Source: Octopus vulgaris (lineage: Eukaryota). Taken from it: a stretch of 64,000 nucleotides of DNA. The DNA is taken from NCBI GenBank assembly GCA_951406725.2, contig OX597814.1, forward strand, positions 73,718,001 to 73,782,000, in the 5' to 3' direction. Numbering within the stretch: position 1 is the first letter of the stretch; each line of letters begins with the position of its first letter. The notes beneath the pieces were generated by a model that was given only the letters and a program-made list of their open reading frames with translations, was not told the origin of the DNA and ran no database searches. Shown one piece after another: positions 1 through 12,454 of this stretch. The position numbers and the translations under genes were made by a program.

Positions 1-57
1 ATTATCAATTTTATTTAATGTTTTCAGCGGTCAATGTAGGAACAAACTTTACTTTTT

Positions 58-59
58 AT

Positions 60-112
<53 letters not shown>

Positions 113-176
113 AATACATACATACATACATACATACATACATACATACATACATACATACATACATACATACATA
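58..176. repeat. Compound microsatellite (CA)n-(TA)n-(TACA)n
   Basis: Directly visible tandem tracts. Confidence 0.95.
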
Positions 177-719
177 AATGAAAGACGGAATTTTTATAAA
201 TTACGACAGTTGTTTCGACACATCTCGCAAAGATCCCTCACGGGTGGGATACTTAACAACTGGTTCAGGAGCATTCGACAATGCTGATGGGTCTCTTCGG
301 GTGATAAATAGATATAACTCGTTAAAATAACAGTTCCGCAATGTATCTTCTCATTTCGTGTAAAGAAAAGTAGCAAATTAAAGTTTATATCTACATTTAT
401 ATAAATGATCAATAACAAAATAACAGATAAAAAAAGAAACAAACACACAATATCTCGAGAAAAGTATTAAAAATACCGTTAACAAATATGCATGTATAAA
501 TGCCCTCGCGTAAGTTGTATGGCGCATGTATATTCGCTCAGACAAGTATCCCCGAAGATGTAAGCACACGCACAAGTGTGGTTTGGAGTCATTCGTTCAC
601 AAAGTGAAATAAATAGCTACTTGGTGTTTATAAGAATGGGGAGGTTGAAGCTAATCTTAATTCATCCACACCTTAAAAGTAAATTAGGCTAACAGTTACT
701 CAAATTCATTCTCACTGCA

Positions 720-1210
720 TTGTGCGAATGTACATTTATATGCATGTAGGCAGCTTCAGTCTGTTAGAAATTCTATTAATGATTTTCTCATTGATGCACA
801 AAATAGACAGGGATTCCTCGGAACAGAGTCAGTCTCTGCTGGAAATGATATTAAATGATATTGCGTGCCTTACTATGGACCAAGTTATGCAATACTTAAT
901 TTTATCTCCCTTCAGTTACCACTGAATTGGCCAAAATTGGCCAAAGATGTTGAATGTCTCTTATTGATTCTTGACATGGTTGCGATAACGATTCTTGAAT
1001 GAATCAGCCGTTTGCCTAATATAAACATACGGCCCTCCCAGTGTGTGTACGGTACATTTATATACAAGACTTGTACTCATGCAGAGGTTGATCAACGGGC
1101 ATTTTGATTTTACTCTGCATGAGCATTTATTATACTTATTTGTATATATGGCAGTTCTTACTTCATTTTCTGACGTTGTTACCGTGTTAGCTGTATCATA
1201 ATCATTTCTG

Positions 1211-1247
<37 letters not shown>

Positions 1248-2100
1248 CGTTTCTTGGTGTCAGGAAGTTATATTCTGCAAATTTTTTCCAAGATCTAAAG
1301 TGTGTTTGGGAAATACAGAAGAGTTTGTTTACAATATCACTCAGCAATTCTGACATAACGATCACTGCAAGTTGACGTTTATCTTTGACAAGCATCTCCA
1401 GACTACCATTCCTTAAATTGCTGTAAATTGCTACTTTCCGTCTTTTATAGGAAGCCGACAAAACAAATCTCTAGGGTATTTTTCCTCCCTCAGTGTCTTT
1501 ACTAGTGTGTTGCTAATAATTACCAGCATCCAACAGCATTCTCGCAGCAGACGTTTTTGAATGATAAAATTATATCTCTATCATGTGTCTTGAATCAGTT
1601 ATGTGATACTTGTTAAAGCGGTTAAGTATTCTGTTGCATAGTCTCGAAAGAAACTTGATGCTGTTGATGATGGCACATTTGAAGGCACCTATTTCTTTCA
1701 CATGAATAGTATCGATGCTTCAGATTAAAATATCTAAATATATATGCCTGTTTTGTGAGGTAATGCGTGATTTCTTTTCCCATTTTCCCTCTCATTCGCT
1801 GTATACTTGATGATGTATGAGATAATCTTGATAGATAAGAATATTTCTACTTTGAGATGGTAATTGAACTACTTAATTATAAGTAAGAATTATAGATGCC
1901 TTACCATTGAGAAGTTATTTTTGACTTATCTTAATCGATCTCCTTCAAATCTTCCCATTTCGCAAGAAAGTCTCATGCACTTAGAATATAAATCATCCTT
2001 ACACCTAGTATGCTAAATGTATGGCCTCAGGTAACTCTTATTGCAGGTGTTAATTTGATGCACTATTGGTGTAATGTTAGCCATGGGCATGTGCTCCGAT
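720..2100 (-). mobile_element. Heavily decayed Penelope-like element (Naiad/Neptune-type RT + C-terminal GIY-YIG endonuclease)
   Basis: ORF 961..1461 ends KCSCRVKSKCPLINLCMSTSLVYKCTV...YIRQTADSFKNRYRNH, a Cys-rich linker plus GIY-YIG. Downstream minus-strand frames read RHSTSLANF, ITWSIVRHA and RD*LCSEE. Upstream frames read RFEGDRLR*VKNN and LCNRILNRFN...FYHS, matching PLE RT motifs. Many stops and frameshifts; the 5' boundary is approximate. Confidence 0.7.
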
Positions 2101-3345
2101 ACCGCTTCATGCTCCTCTGACTCTTCATTTGGGTTTGATATTTCGACATGCGTGAATCTGTCATAAACTAAAGTTATGGTTTTAACTTGGATGCTTTATG
2201 GCGCTACATTATACAGTACAACAAAGACATAATCTACTTTTTCATATTCTACAATCAACAGTCTGCTCCAACAATGTGCTTTGTGAACAATTTTCTCTTC
2301 AAATCGAATACTTTCGCAGTGATATCTGGCTAATCATCTAGCTACTAATACAACTTAACGAATTTCAGGTCAGTTTGGATCACATGGCATTGTAATGAAA
2401 AAATTAAGCAATCAAAGTTTTCCGTTTATACAGCATGGCGTCTTGACATCATTCTTAGATATCTCGGTCTTCTTCCGCTTCGAGCACTTCCTTTTCCTCT
2501 TCCTCGTCATCATTATCGCGATTCAATTAATCGATTAAGCGTCTATGTGTTGTTGATCTCAAGGTTGTTTGATTCATCGGTATGAAATTAAACCCCTTGC
2601 CTTCGTTCAGGGCAGCCAAATCAACAAAGCTGAAATAAACATCGGCTTCCGAAAAGCTGATTAAATTCATTATCATACTTCATTATTTATTCTCATGATT
2701 TATTATTTGACACGCACAGTAACATGTTTGTGGTCAATTTTCTTTCTATTCATCATTTAAAGCCGATGATGCGAGTAATCGTTTCCAGATGGAAAAATAA
2801 GTAGGTACTAAATGTTGTTAGATGAACGAGGCAACCTCCTTACCCGTTCCACACAATGTGACATGACATTTTTTCATATTTGTTATTGTTCGCTATTGTT
2901 CGGTGAGCATTGTGATCTTCAGAAGCTTTCACAATAATTACTTTTTGCCTCTCATTATCGAAGGGATCTCCCTTTCTTCAGTCGCTTCTGTCACTGGGTT
3001 AATGCACAGCCTTTTCGTCGTCCCTCTCTACATCTCGTATTCTATTTGGTTTCCTTTCTTTTTTTCTTTGCTATATGTCTTTGATTCTGATACTCATGCC
3101 TCTCCTTTCTTTAAACTTACTTTTTCTAACACTTTGATCTTCGCACGGCCTGCATCAGCTTTTCGTTCCCTTCTCTTCTTTGGCGTCACAAACAATGTTT
3201 AGCGTCATCTTTTTACTTTGATAACGCTATTCCATGTCGACATGCTATAATCTGATTTTAAAAAAATGAAAGGAATTATCGTTTCACCAGCTCGGTCGTC
3301 GGCAAAATACGGTGCACGTGTCGTATCATCGAACCTGCTGATTCG

Positions 3346-3376
<31 letters not shown>

Positions 3377-3430
3377 TGTACTTGCATAGCGACTGACTTG
3401 ATCTGAGATCGTGTGCTGGAACGAAAACAA

Positions 3431-3576
3431 TTGCAGCGTGGAAGGTGTTTATAAGCCATTTAAGAAACACACAAAACCGTTAGAAAACATTTTGACAAAT
3501 TAAATTTAAATGTTGAAGTGAATCTAACGGTTTTGTGTGTTTCTTAAATGGCTTATAAACACCTTCCACGCTGCAA
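3431..3576. repeat. Perfect 54-bp inverted repeat with 38-bp spacer
   Basis: 3431-3484 (TTGCAGCGTGGAAGG...CCGTTAGA) is the exact reverse complement of 3523-3576. Confidence 0.95.
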
Positions 3577-3799
3577 GCGTCGCGTACAAAACTGATTTTG
3601 AATTTTTAAAACATATCTTTGATTAATGAATAATTAAATTCAGTATGAAAAGTAAAACAAAAGTCCCACTTTTTTCAGTGACCACAAATGAATCCATATT
3701 TCATACTACAGTGCTTTACCAGGTTGAGTAAAACCTTGTTTTCTTATTTTAATGATTCGAACAAATTACATACAAAAAGTGTTTATTCAATAAAATATA

Positions 3800-4800
3800 T
3801 CCCGTCATATTCTATAGTTAGTTGCCATCGTTGTGCCAGATCAATCCTGCGCTCATGTCAGTTGGCTGGTTTAGAGGCACAACACGCCTGCACCTGTTTT
3901 CAACCTCATCCACATTAATTCTCCGTCTGTGCAGGAAATGAACCATGCGTCGGAAAAGATGGTAATTTAATGGTGCAAGATCTGAACTGTAGAGAGGGTG
4001 AGGCAACAATTTCAGCCCATTGCGTTCCCCAAGTTTGCGCTTGGTCACATTGGTAGGGTGTTCTGGGGGCATTATCACGCTGTAGGATTACAGTTTTCGA
4101 TTGGCCAATGACTGGCAGCGTGCTTTCAAAGTATCATATACTCGCTGCAGTTGTGGAGCATAAAGGTCAGCATTTACAGTTTGACCATCAGGGACAAGCT
4201 CAAAGTGCAACACCACCTTGAGAATCCACCAAACTTGCAACATGACCTTCTGTTCAAATTCCCTTTTAGACAACAGGTTCTGAAGTCTGGCTGAAACGAA
4301 GATGCATTTTTCATTCCCAGTTACAACGCGATGCCAAATACAGACATCTTGAAGATTTGTCATTAGTTGCACACACCGTCAAACCTGATTATTGGTCAGT
4401 TCATGAAGAACTTCTCAACAGCGTCTGTTCACAAAGCCGAGCATATAAAGGTGTTGATGGTGCTTTGTGAAGGATTAAATTCTGAAGACAACGTACGATT
4501 GCTTGTACTTGCAGTTGTTCAACTAGTTCAAACAAGACCACATCTGCCACAAAACGTCTCCCTGACTTCGGTTTGTCTTCGTGGTTGATGTCACTTTCCT
4601 TGAAACATCTGAAACAGTTTTGTGCCATACTTTCGTTGGCAGTTCCTGGACCATCCTCATCATTCACTTCTTTTACCGTTGTCCTTGCACTTGGTTCATT
4701 TTTTCACAGGTCGCGTAAAATGGTTCTAATTGCAATTTTTTCAGCATTCATTATGAAAGCTGTAAAATAATAGAATAAAAGAGACTGTATCTTATATGCT
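3800..4800 (-). mobile_element. Decayed mariner transposase pseudogene
   Basis: Successive minus-strand fragments: HTH region (AQNCFRCFKESDINHEDKPKSGR), VVTGNEKCI, KVMLQVWW..VLHFELVPDGQTVNADLY, LLPHPLYSSDLAPLNYHLFR. Catalytic residues are degenerate and there are multiple frameshifts. Confidence 0.85.
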
Positions 4801-5269
4801 GCCGTAATATAGTTTACGTGAATAATTGACTTTAAGAAAAGAGAGAGTAGCACAAAAAATGTTTCCATGTCTCATAAAGAAAATAAGTAATCTGGTACCA
4901 CATGTACCCGAAGCCACAGCCATCCCTGTTCAATCTAACTAAAAATACATTAAATCTTCCTTGTATACCATGTCATATATGGTTCCTTCCAATTTTAACA
5001 TCATTTAAGGTGTAGCAATTCATTCCAACCGATTACTTTTTCTTTTACAAAAAATAAAAGTATGATTTTGAATTCAGTGTTTATTTACTTTGGCTCACAC
5101 GACATAAAAAACATTTTTATAATCTAGTTGGCCTCCAAAAATGTTTGGCCATACTTATTTCGGATTTAAAAGACGCATGAAACGAAGTTACATTTATAAT
5201 TCAGCAACAACCCATCGATTTTGAACTTGAAATATTTTTCAACTTTGAACTTAGCAGATTATTCAGGTA

Positions 5270-5670
5270 GGCGCAGGAGTGGTTGGGTGGTAAGTAGCTT
5301 GCTTACCAACCACATGGTCCCGGGTTCAGTCCCACTGCGTGGCCCCTTAGGCTAGTATCTTCTACTATAGCCTCGGGCCGACCAAAGCTTTGTGAGTGGA
5401 TTTGGTAGACGGAAGCTGAAAGAAGCCTGTCGTATATATGTAGATGTATATATGTGTCTGTGTGTGTGTGTTTGTCCCGCCAACATCGCTTGACAACCGA
5501 TGGTGGTGTGTTTACGTCTCCGTAACTTAGTGGTTCGGCAAAAGAGGCCGATAGAATAAGTGCTAGGCTTACAAAGAATAAGTCCTGGGTCGATTTGTTC
5601 AACTAAAAGGCGGTGCTCCAGCATGGCCGTAGTCAAATGACTGAAATAAGTAAAAGAGTAAAAGAGTAAA
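5270..5670 (+). mobile_element. Full-length tRNA-derived SINE (family S1, bipartite with internal TA/TG microsatellite)
   Basis: 5' GGCGCAGGAGTGG with A-box-like TGGTTGGGTGG and B-box-like GGTTCAGTCCC; (AAAAGAGT)n tail; closely similar copy at 62932-63352. Confidence 0.9.
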
Positions 5671-6769
5671 TAAATTTCAAATTGAAATGAATATCAGATT
5701 AAGGATACGCAATGGGATTCTTAATTAGGTAAATCATATCTTATCATGTTGTTATACTTCCTCATTGTTTAATGAAGAATGCTTTGTCTGGCAACATTTT
5801 TAATTGATCTGTAATCCTTCAAGAATACTTTAGTGTTTTCCTTCTTTTTTTTCTCGGCTGTGAGCAACATTCAACTGTTTATGCTTGAATGCTGTTTTCT
5901 CAGAATAAATCAATATGATTGAAACTCGGTTCCTATGATATGCTGATAAAATAAGCTACAACATTCTTTTATTTTGATGGTTTCAGTGTCCAGATAGTAC
6001 TGAAAGTGAATTTGAGAAAAACAGCTTTTTTCAGAGTACCTCAGTCCAAACATTTTAACATTACAATGCGCTGTTTTCGTTAAACCACCAGTTTAAACAA
6101 ACAGTTTAAGAGAAAGGGAGTAGTATACTCTTTCACTCACTTTTTGTCTCCTATTTTTTTCTGTTTTATTATTTTTCTTCTCACGGTTGACCGATTTCTT
6201 CACTGACTGGAATCAATTTCAAACACAGAAAGGTTTTTGTTAATAGCTACTGTTGCTACTACTAGTTTGTGCGCATGTGTGTGTGTATGTGTGATTGTGT
6301 GCTTACATGTTTCTATGCCTATGTTTGTGTTTGCTTGTGTGTGTGTTTGCACATGCATGCATTTGTGTCTGTCAATGTATGTCTTGTGTGTGAGTGTGCG
6401 TGTCTGGCTGTCTGTCTGTGTGCGTGCGTGCGTGTGTGTGAGTCTGTGTGCGTGTTCTATCGTGTGTGACTAACTCTTCCTCTCTTTTATTCCTTCGTAG
6501 CCACCGTGTATACACATGAAAACATACAAATAATTAGACACGCACACTAATAAATAAATTTTCCTGTACAAGTACAGGCATACAGATACAAATATACACA
6601 GTAACACCTGTGCACGCACACGCACCTACACACACGATCATACAAACATGCATGGGACAAAATCTTTTGCGGTAATTAGTGATGACTTTTTAAGTTTGGA
6701 GTTCAAATACCGCTGAGGTCAACTTTGCTTTTCTTTCATAATTGCTGCTCTTGTGCGAAAAATTTAAAA

Positions 6770-6780
6770 TTATTATTATT

Positions 6781-6813
<33 letters not shown>

Positions 6814-6833
6814 GCTGCTGCTGCTGCTGCTGC

Positions 6834-6876
<43 letters not shown>

Positions 6877-6935
6877 GCTGCTGCTGTTGTTGTTGTTGTT
6901 GTTGCTGCTGCTGCTGCTGTTGTTGTTGTTGTTTT
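6770..6935. repeat. Compound trinucleotide tract (TTA/TTG/CTG), tail of adjacent LINE
   Basis: Directly visible; abuts the 3' end of the minus-strand LINE. Confidence 0.9.
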
Positions 6936-6937
6936 TG

Positions 6938-7715
6938 TTATTCAGTAGTTTTATTTTTATCACGTGCTTTCGCTGCACTACCAAGCGCAGCTCTGTGTGT
7001 TTTGGGTATGTACTGAGGTTTGATGTGGTGTTCTTATTTTCACTATATAGAAAGTATCTTACGTAGGATGTGTGCGATGCCTAGTAGTGCTATTTTCTGT
7101 ATGTTATATATACTTGTTATTCCTGGTGTTTTTGCTATGTATTTGTCTGAATATTTTTATCATAACCTAATGCGCCTACTATGATAGGAATTGTTTCTGT
7201 TTTTAGGCACCACATTCTAGTTACCTCTATTTTCAGATCTTTGTATTTTGAAAGTTGCTCCGTTTCTTTTCGAGAAACATTGTCATCTGTTGGGATTGAT
7301 ACAGTGATTAAAAAGCATTTTTTCTTGGTGATCTCTGACAACTATATCCGTCCTATTAGCCTTAATTTCTCTATCTGTGAGTATTGGCATATCTCAGAGT
7401 ATGGTTGCTTTCTCGTTTTCTGTGACCTTTTCTGGCGTGTGTCTATACCATCATTTTTTTCTGCTGTTATTCCATAGTGTTGGCATAGCTTCCAGTGTAT
7501 ATAGGTCTCAACTCTGTCGTGTCTGTGAATATATTCCTTGTTAGCCAGGACTGAACAGCCAGAAACAATATGATTTATTGTTTCTTCTCCATCTCTACAT
7601 ATTCTGCAGTTGCTTGTATTTCTTTTCATTACGTGTGTTTGGTAATTTCGGGTGGTAAGGCTCTGATCTTGTGCTGCAATAAAAAATCCTTCAGTCTCTG
7701 CTTTGAGTCCAGAGC
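6938..7715 (-). mobile_element. 5'-truncated R4/Dong-clade LINE (family A): CCHC finger + restriction-like endonuclease + 3' UTR
   Basis: SSGLKAETEGFFIAAQDQ, CRICRDGEETINHIVSGC...RHD, KYKDLKIEVTRMW...IPIIVGALG; (TAA)-type tracts on both sides. Confidence 0.9.
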
Positions 7716-7817
<102 letters not shown>

Positions 7818-7832
7818 ACATCATCATCATCA

Positions 7833-7863
<31 letters not shown>

Positions 7864-7873
7864 AGTTATTATT

Positions 7874-10369
7874 CTGTTTGCCTTTTGTTTTACATTTGCA
7901 CAAGCCAGCTCCAAGTCTCACCCAGAGACCTCAAGTGACAAGTTGGAAGTTCGTGTTGGTGTTATGTCTAGGGTGCCTAGGGTGCCATATATTTGGTTTT
8001 GTACTTAGTGTTGTACTAGTGAATGTCTAAAAAAACCATGCGAAAATTATGTTTGTTTAAAACTTGAGATTACATAGAAAGTATTTTGCGTAGGATATGA
8101 GCAGTTCCCATGAGCACTATCTTTTGAATCTTTGCCATTTTGGGGGTTTCCTGGTATCTGAGTTAGGTAGCAATCAGACCCTTTTGCTATCACTCCCAGG
8201 GCACCTATGACAACAGGTACTGTTTTAGTCTTCATGTTCCACATATTGCTGATTTCTATTTCAAGATCTTTATATTTGCTCAGTTTCTGGTTGGTCTTGA
8301 TAGATACGTTTATATCGATTGGGACAGTCATATCAATGAGGAGGCATGTTTTTTGTCTGAAGTCTTTCAATATGATGTCTGGCCTATTCGCATCTATCTT
8401 TCTGTCAGTTTGAATGGTGAAGTTCCAGAGGAGTGAGCTGTGGTCATTTTCAAGCACTGGAGGTGGTTTGTGTTCCCACCAGTTTTTATCGTGGGGCAAG
8501 TCCAGGCTTTTGCAAATTACCCAGTGAATATATTGTGCAACTCTACCATGCCTGTTGAGATACTCTATAGGCGCAAGAAGACTGCACTTCGAGACAACAT
8601 GATCAATGGTTTCATTTTGTTGTTGACATACACGCCATGTTGAGCTACTGCCGTTCTTTAATATGTTGGCCTGGTAGTTCCTTGTAGGTAGGCATTGATC
8701 TTGAGTTGTTATGATAAACCCTTGTTTCAGATTTTAAGCCAGAGGCTTACACCAACACGAACTTCCAACTTGTTGTCTCTTGAGGTCTCTGGGTGAGACT
8801 TAGAACCTGCTTGTGCAAATGGGTCAGGGCTTTGTCAACATCTGCATTATTCGCTCTCTTTGTGTATTTGCCATAGAGAAGTTTTTCTTGCCATTTATCA
8901 TTCAGAATATCTAAGGCCGCAGTTTTAGCGCGGGTTTTCATGCGCTTAGCTTTTTCTGTGCTAGTTTCTTGTATGTCTAATTCCGAAATTTGTTGTATCC
9001 GGAATTCAATTAGATATTCCTTTGCCTGTTTTGTTACTGAGTATGATGCTTTCTTGTTTTCATGTTTTGAGACAAGTTTTAGCATCCAGTCATCAGAGTT
9101 TTTCAGGTAGGTGTCTAGGCCAATTGTAGCAATCTTCATTGTTATTGCCAGTTGTAAAAGTCCACGGCCTCCCTCTTTTCTTGGCAGAAAAAGTCGTTCT
9201 GTATCTGCCTTAGGGTGGTGCATTCTATGCATTGTCAACAGTTTTCGTATTTTTCTGTCAAGATTACATATTTCAGTAATTGACCAGTTAACGATATTGA
9301 AACTGTAAGTCACGACTAGTATGGCTAAAGCATTGATCGCTTCGATCCTGTTTCTCGCATTCAGCTCTGTCTTGAGTATTGCTCTTACTCTGCGATAACA
9401 TTCTCTCTTGATCCTTTCCTTTATCACTGAATGCCTTATTCCATCCCATTCAATTACCACTAGGTATTTGTAGCTCTCCACTGGGTCTAATTCTTTTATG
9501 ACATTCTGCAGGTCAAGGTTAACGTTAGATGTTTCAGTAATTTTTCCTTTGATAAAGGTAGCTTTTGCACATTTATCGAGGCCAAATTGCATTCTGATGT
9601 CATCACTGAATTGTTTAACAATCGCTAGTAAGCCCTTGAGCTGTTGGTCATTTTTTAAAATCATCCATGTAAATGAGATGATTTATATTTTTAACAAATA
9701 TTTTATATCCGTACTGCGCGTCATTGAGCAATTTTGAAAGGTATCAAGGCTAAACAAAAGAGGAGTGGTGATAGTGAGTCACCCTGGAAATGCCACATGA
9801 AATTTTTACACCACAAGCATTTAGAGACTCATTGTCACTATTCAAAGTTAGTGTGGTTCTCCATGATCTCATACTTACAAATAAAAAGTTTCGCAGAGTA
9901 GGTGCTATTTTATACATTTCCAGGCATTTCTTAATCAAGCTATGTGGTAGGCTATCAAAAGCCTTTTTATAGTCTATCCAGGTTATTGATAAGTTTTTGT
10001 GTCGTTTATGACAATCTAAGATCATCTTATTGATGAGTAGTTGATCTTTACAACCATAGGATCCACGTGTACATCTTTTCTGTTCATTAGGGAATATGCT
10101 GCTGTCTGTTAAAAAAACTATAGGTATATTCCGTCAGGACAGATGTTAGCGTTTTATACATAGTTGTTAAGCAGGTAATGGATCTATAGTTTTTTGGTTC
10201 ATTTGTTTCTTCACTTTTTAGAAGCAGGAATGTTAACCCATTAACTAGCCAAGGAGGCATCCTACTATGGTGTTGCAAAACATCATTGTAAAGTTCTGTT
10301 TGCAGTTCATGGCTATCTGGGAAGGCATTCAACCAGAAGTTAGGAATTTTATCCTTTCCTGGAGACTTC

Positions 10370-10370
<1 letters not shown>
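7874..10370 (-). mobile_element. 5'-truncated R4/Dong-clade LINE (family B): RT, thumb, RLE endonuclease, frameshifted
   Basis: [71 protein letters not shown]...KYKDLEIEI...VPVVIGALG; bounded by (TTA)n at 7716-7872 and 10371-10440. Confidence 0.92.
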
Positions 10371-10440
<70 letters not shown>

Positions 10441-10441
<1 letters not shown>

Positions 10442-10723
10442 TCAGTAGTTTTACTTTTATAGTGTGCTTTCACTTCACTACCGAGCGCAGGTCTGTGTGC
10501 CTTGGGTATGTGCTGTGATTTGCTGTGATGCTCTGATGGTTACTGTATTGAAAGTGTTCTGCGTAGGATGTGTGCAGTGCCTAGTAGTGCAATCTTCTGT
10601 ATGTTATATGTGTTTGTAAATCCTGGTGTTTTTGTTATGTATTTGTCTGAATACTTTTTTATCATGTCTAATGCACCTACTATGATAGGAATTGTTTCTG
10701 TTTTTAGATTCCACATTCCACAT
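10441..10723 (-). mobile_element. Short 3' fragment of R4/Dong family A
   Basis: Closely similar to 6941-7216 (TTCAGTAGTTTTA...AGGATGTGTGC...ATGATAGGAATTGTTTCTG); flanked by (TTA)n. Confidence 0.88.
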
Positions 10724-10724
10724 A

Positions 10725-10790
<66 letters not shown>

Positions 10791-11310
10791 GAGTGAGAGA
10801 GCAGTTCATGCCATCAAAGTGACATTGGGGTAAAATATACGAAGGGTACACCAGGCACATGCATCACAACCATATGTGCGCGACATGGTGATCTCATATC
10901 AAGATAAACAGCACATGACCTTGCAGGTGGGGCTCAGTTAGAAATTTCTTCAGGTTGAGTAGCCCATCCCGCTCAAAAGGTCCCTGAATAAGGGTTGTTT
11001 AAGGATGTTGAAAGAACCACCCATGTTTCCAGAGGTGAATTATTCAAACCACAAAGAATCCCTCTCAACACATGGCTATGATGCTCCCCCACTACTTGTG
11101 CTCGTGATCAGAGATGCACATATTGTCAGCCACTAAGGGACATGCTCAACTGGTTAAGGTCAAACAACTGACAAGCAAATCTGTGGTATTGAGCAGAATA
11201 TTTGCTGTAGCCCATCTTTTATACCAAGACAAAACAATGTACATGATAACACTTCCAATCAGTTAAGATCAGAAGCCATGAGAGCCACTGCCTGGTACTT
11301 CATCAGGGCA
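10791..11310 (-). mobile_element. Non-coding ~520-bp TAA-embedded element (family C), copy 1
   Basis: Co-linear with 43545-45522 once the mariner and minisatellite are removed; both copies start TGCCCTGATG and end CTCTCAC(T/A)C before (AAT)n. Confidence 0.8.
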
Positions 11311-11379
<69 letters not shown>

Positions 11380-11826
11380 GACAGAAAATAAACATAATTT
11401 AAAAACAATAATGAAATGTAAAAAACTTTTTTTTCATTAACCATCTACCCCATAAATCATAAAATTCGGCGTTTTTCTCGATTTTTGCTCTAATCATATT
11501 TTTAAAATACGGACAGTTCGAATCTGCAATTTGTTTTTGTTTATAATTTCAAACGAAAAGGTATGGGATCTAAGGGAGATTCAGTCGGAAGGTAACATCT
11601 GATAGCTTTCTTGTTTCTTTGTCACTCTGACAGGATCTGGTATCTTTTTTTATGTTTTTATTCCCATAAACACATTTTACGGAATGATGACGAGGACATA
11701 ACAGTTTTGTTTAGCCCAAGGGTGGTCCATTGCTCCGATGTAACTACAAAAGATTTTCCAATTAAAATTTTTAATCCCTACTCTACACCAAGCAAGTCCG
11801 CATGTGTATGAGTGTGCTTGTGTAAG

Positions 11827-11857
<31 letters not shown>

Positions 11858-12214
11858 AAAACGATTATTAACATAAGTATGGTATCAAAATATATTATCT
11901 TTTACATATCTTTTTAAACACTCTCTCTCTAATGAAATTCCTCACATGCATACATACGCACTGATACACATGCACACACATAAGCACACACCCATACACA
12001 CACGAACACATACACTCAGCGTGATCAATATACTTATGCAGAGAGTGAGGGGAGTGTGGTAAATATATATAGAGAGGGGGTAATTTACAAAAGCGAAAAA
12101 TGAAAAAATAGAGAAATACAGAGACAGACTTAAATTTTATAATTAAGTGAACATTTTCAGCTTTAGTATACTGATGTACATTTTCACGCTGAATCCGATA
12201 TTGTGATTCAGTTA

Positions 12215-12450
12215 TTATCTTTTATCTTTTACTTGATTCAGTCATTAGACTGCAGCCTATGATGGGGCACCGCCTTGAAGAACTTTTAGTCGAATGAATC
12301 AACCCCAGTACTTATTCTTTTGTTAAGCCTGGTACTTATTCTATCGTTCTCTTTTTGTCGAACCGCTAAGTTACGGGGACGTAAACACACTAACACCGGT
12401 TGACAGGTGGTGGTGGGAGACAAACACAGACACAAAAATACACAAGCACA
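12215..12450 (-). mobile_element. 3' half of SINE S1
   Basis: Reverse complement of the 5470-5670 body (ACCGCTAAGTTACGGGGACGTAAACAC). Confidence 0.85.
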
Positions 12451-12454
12451 CACG

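Noticed and set aside
826-840. In-frame TGA in RD*LC of the Penelope remnant as possible selenocysteine
   Set aside because: The TGA does not align with the Cys position of the RCxLC motif, and the copy has many other lesions.
5270-5345. tRNA-like heads (also 18071, 20143, 49353, 62932)
   Set aside because: They continue into repeated SINE bodies and lack a full cloverleaf; not tRNA genes.
11295-11310. CTGATGA at the 5' end of family C as a hammerhead core
   Set aside because: No stem II or GAAA follows, and the second copy reads CTGATGC.
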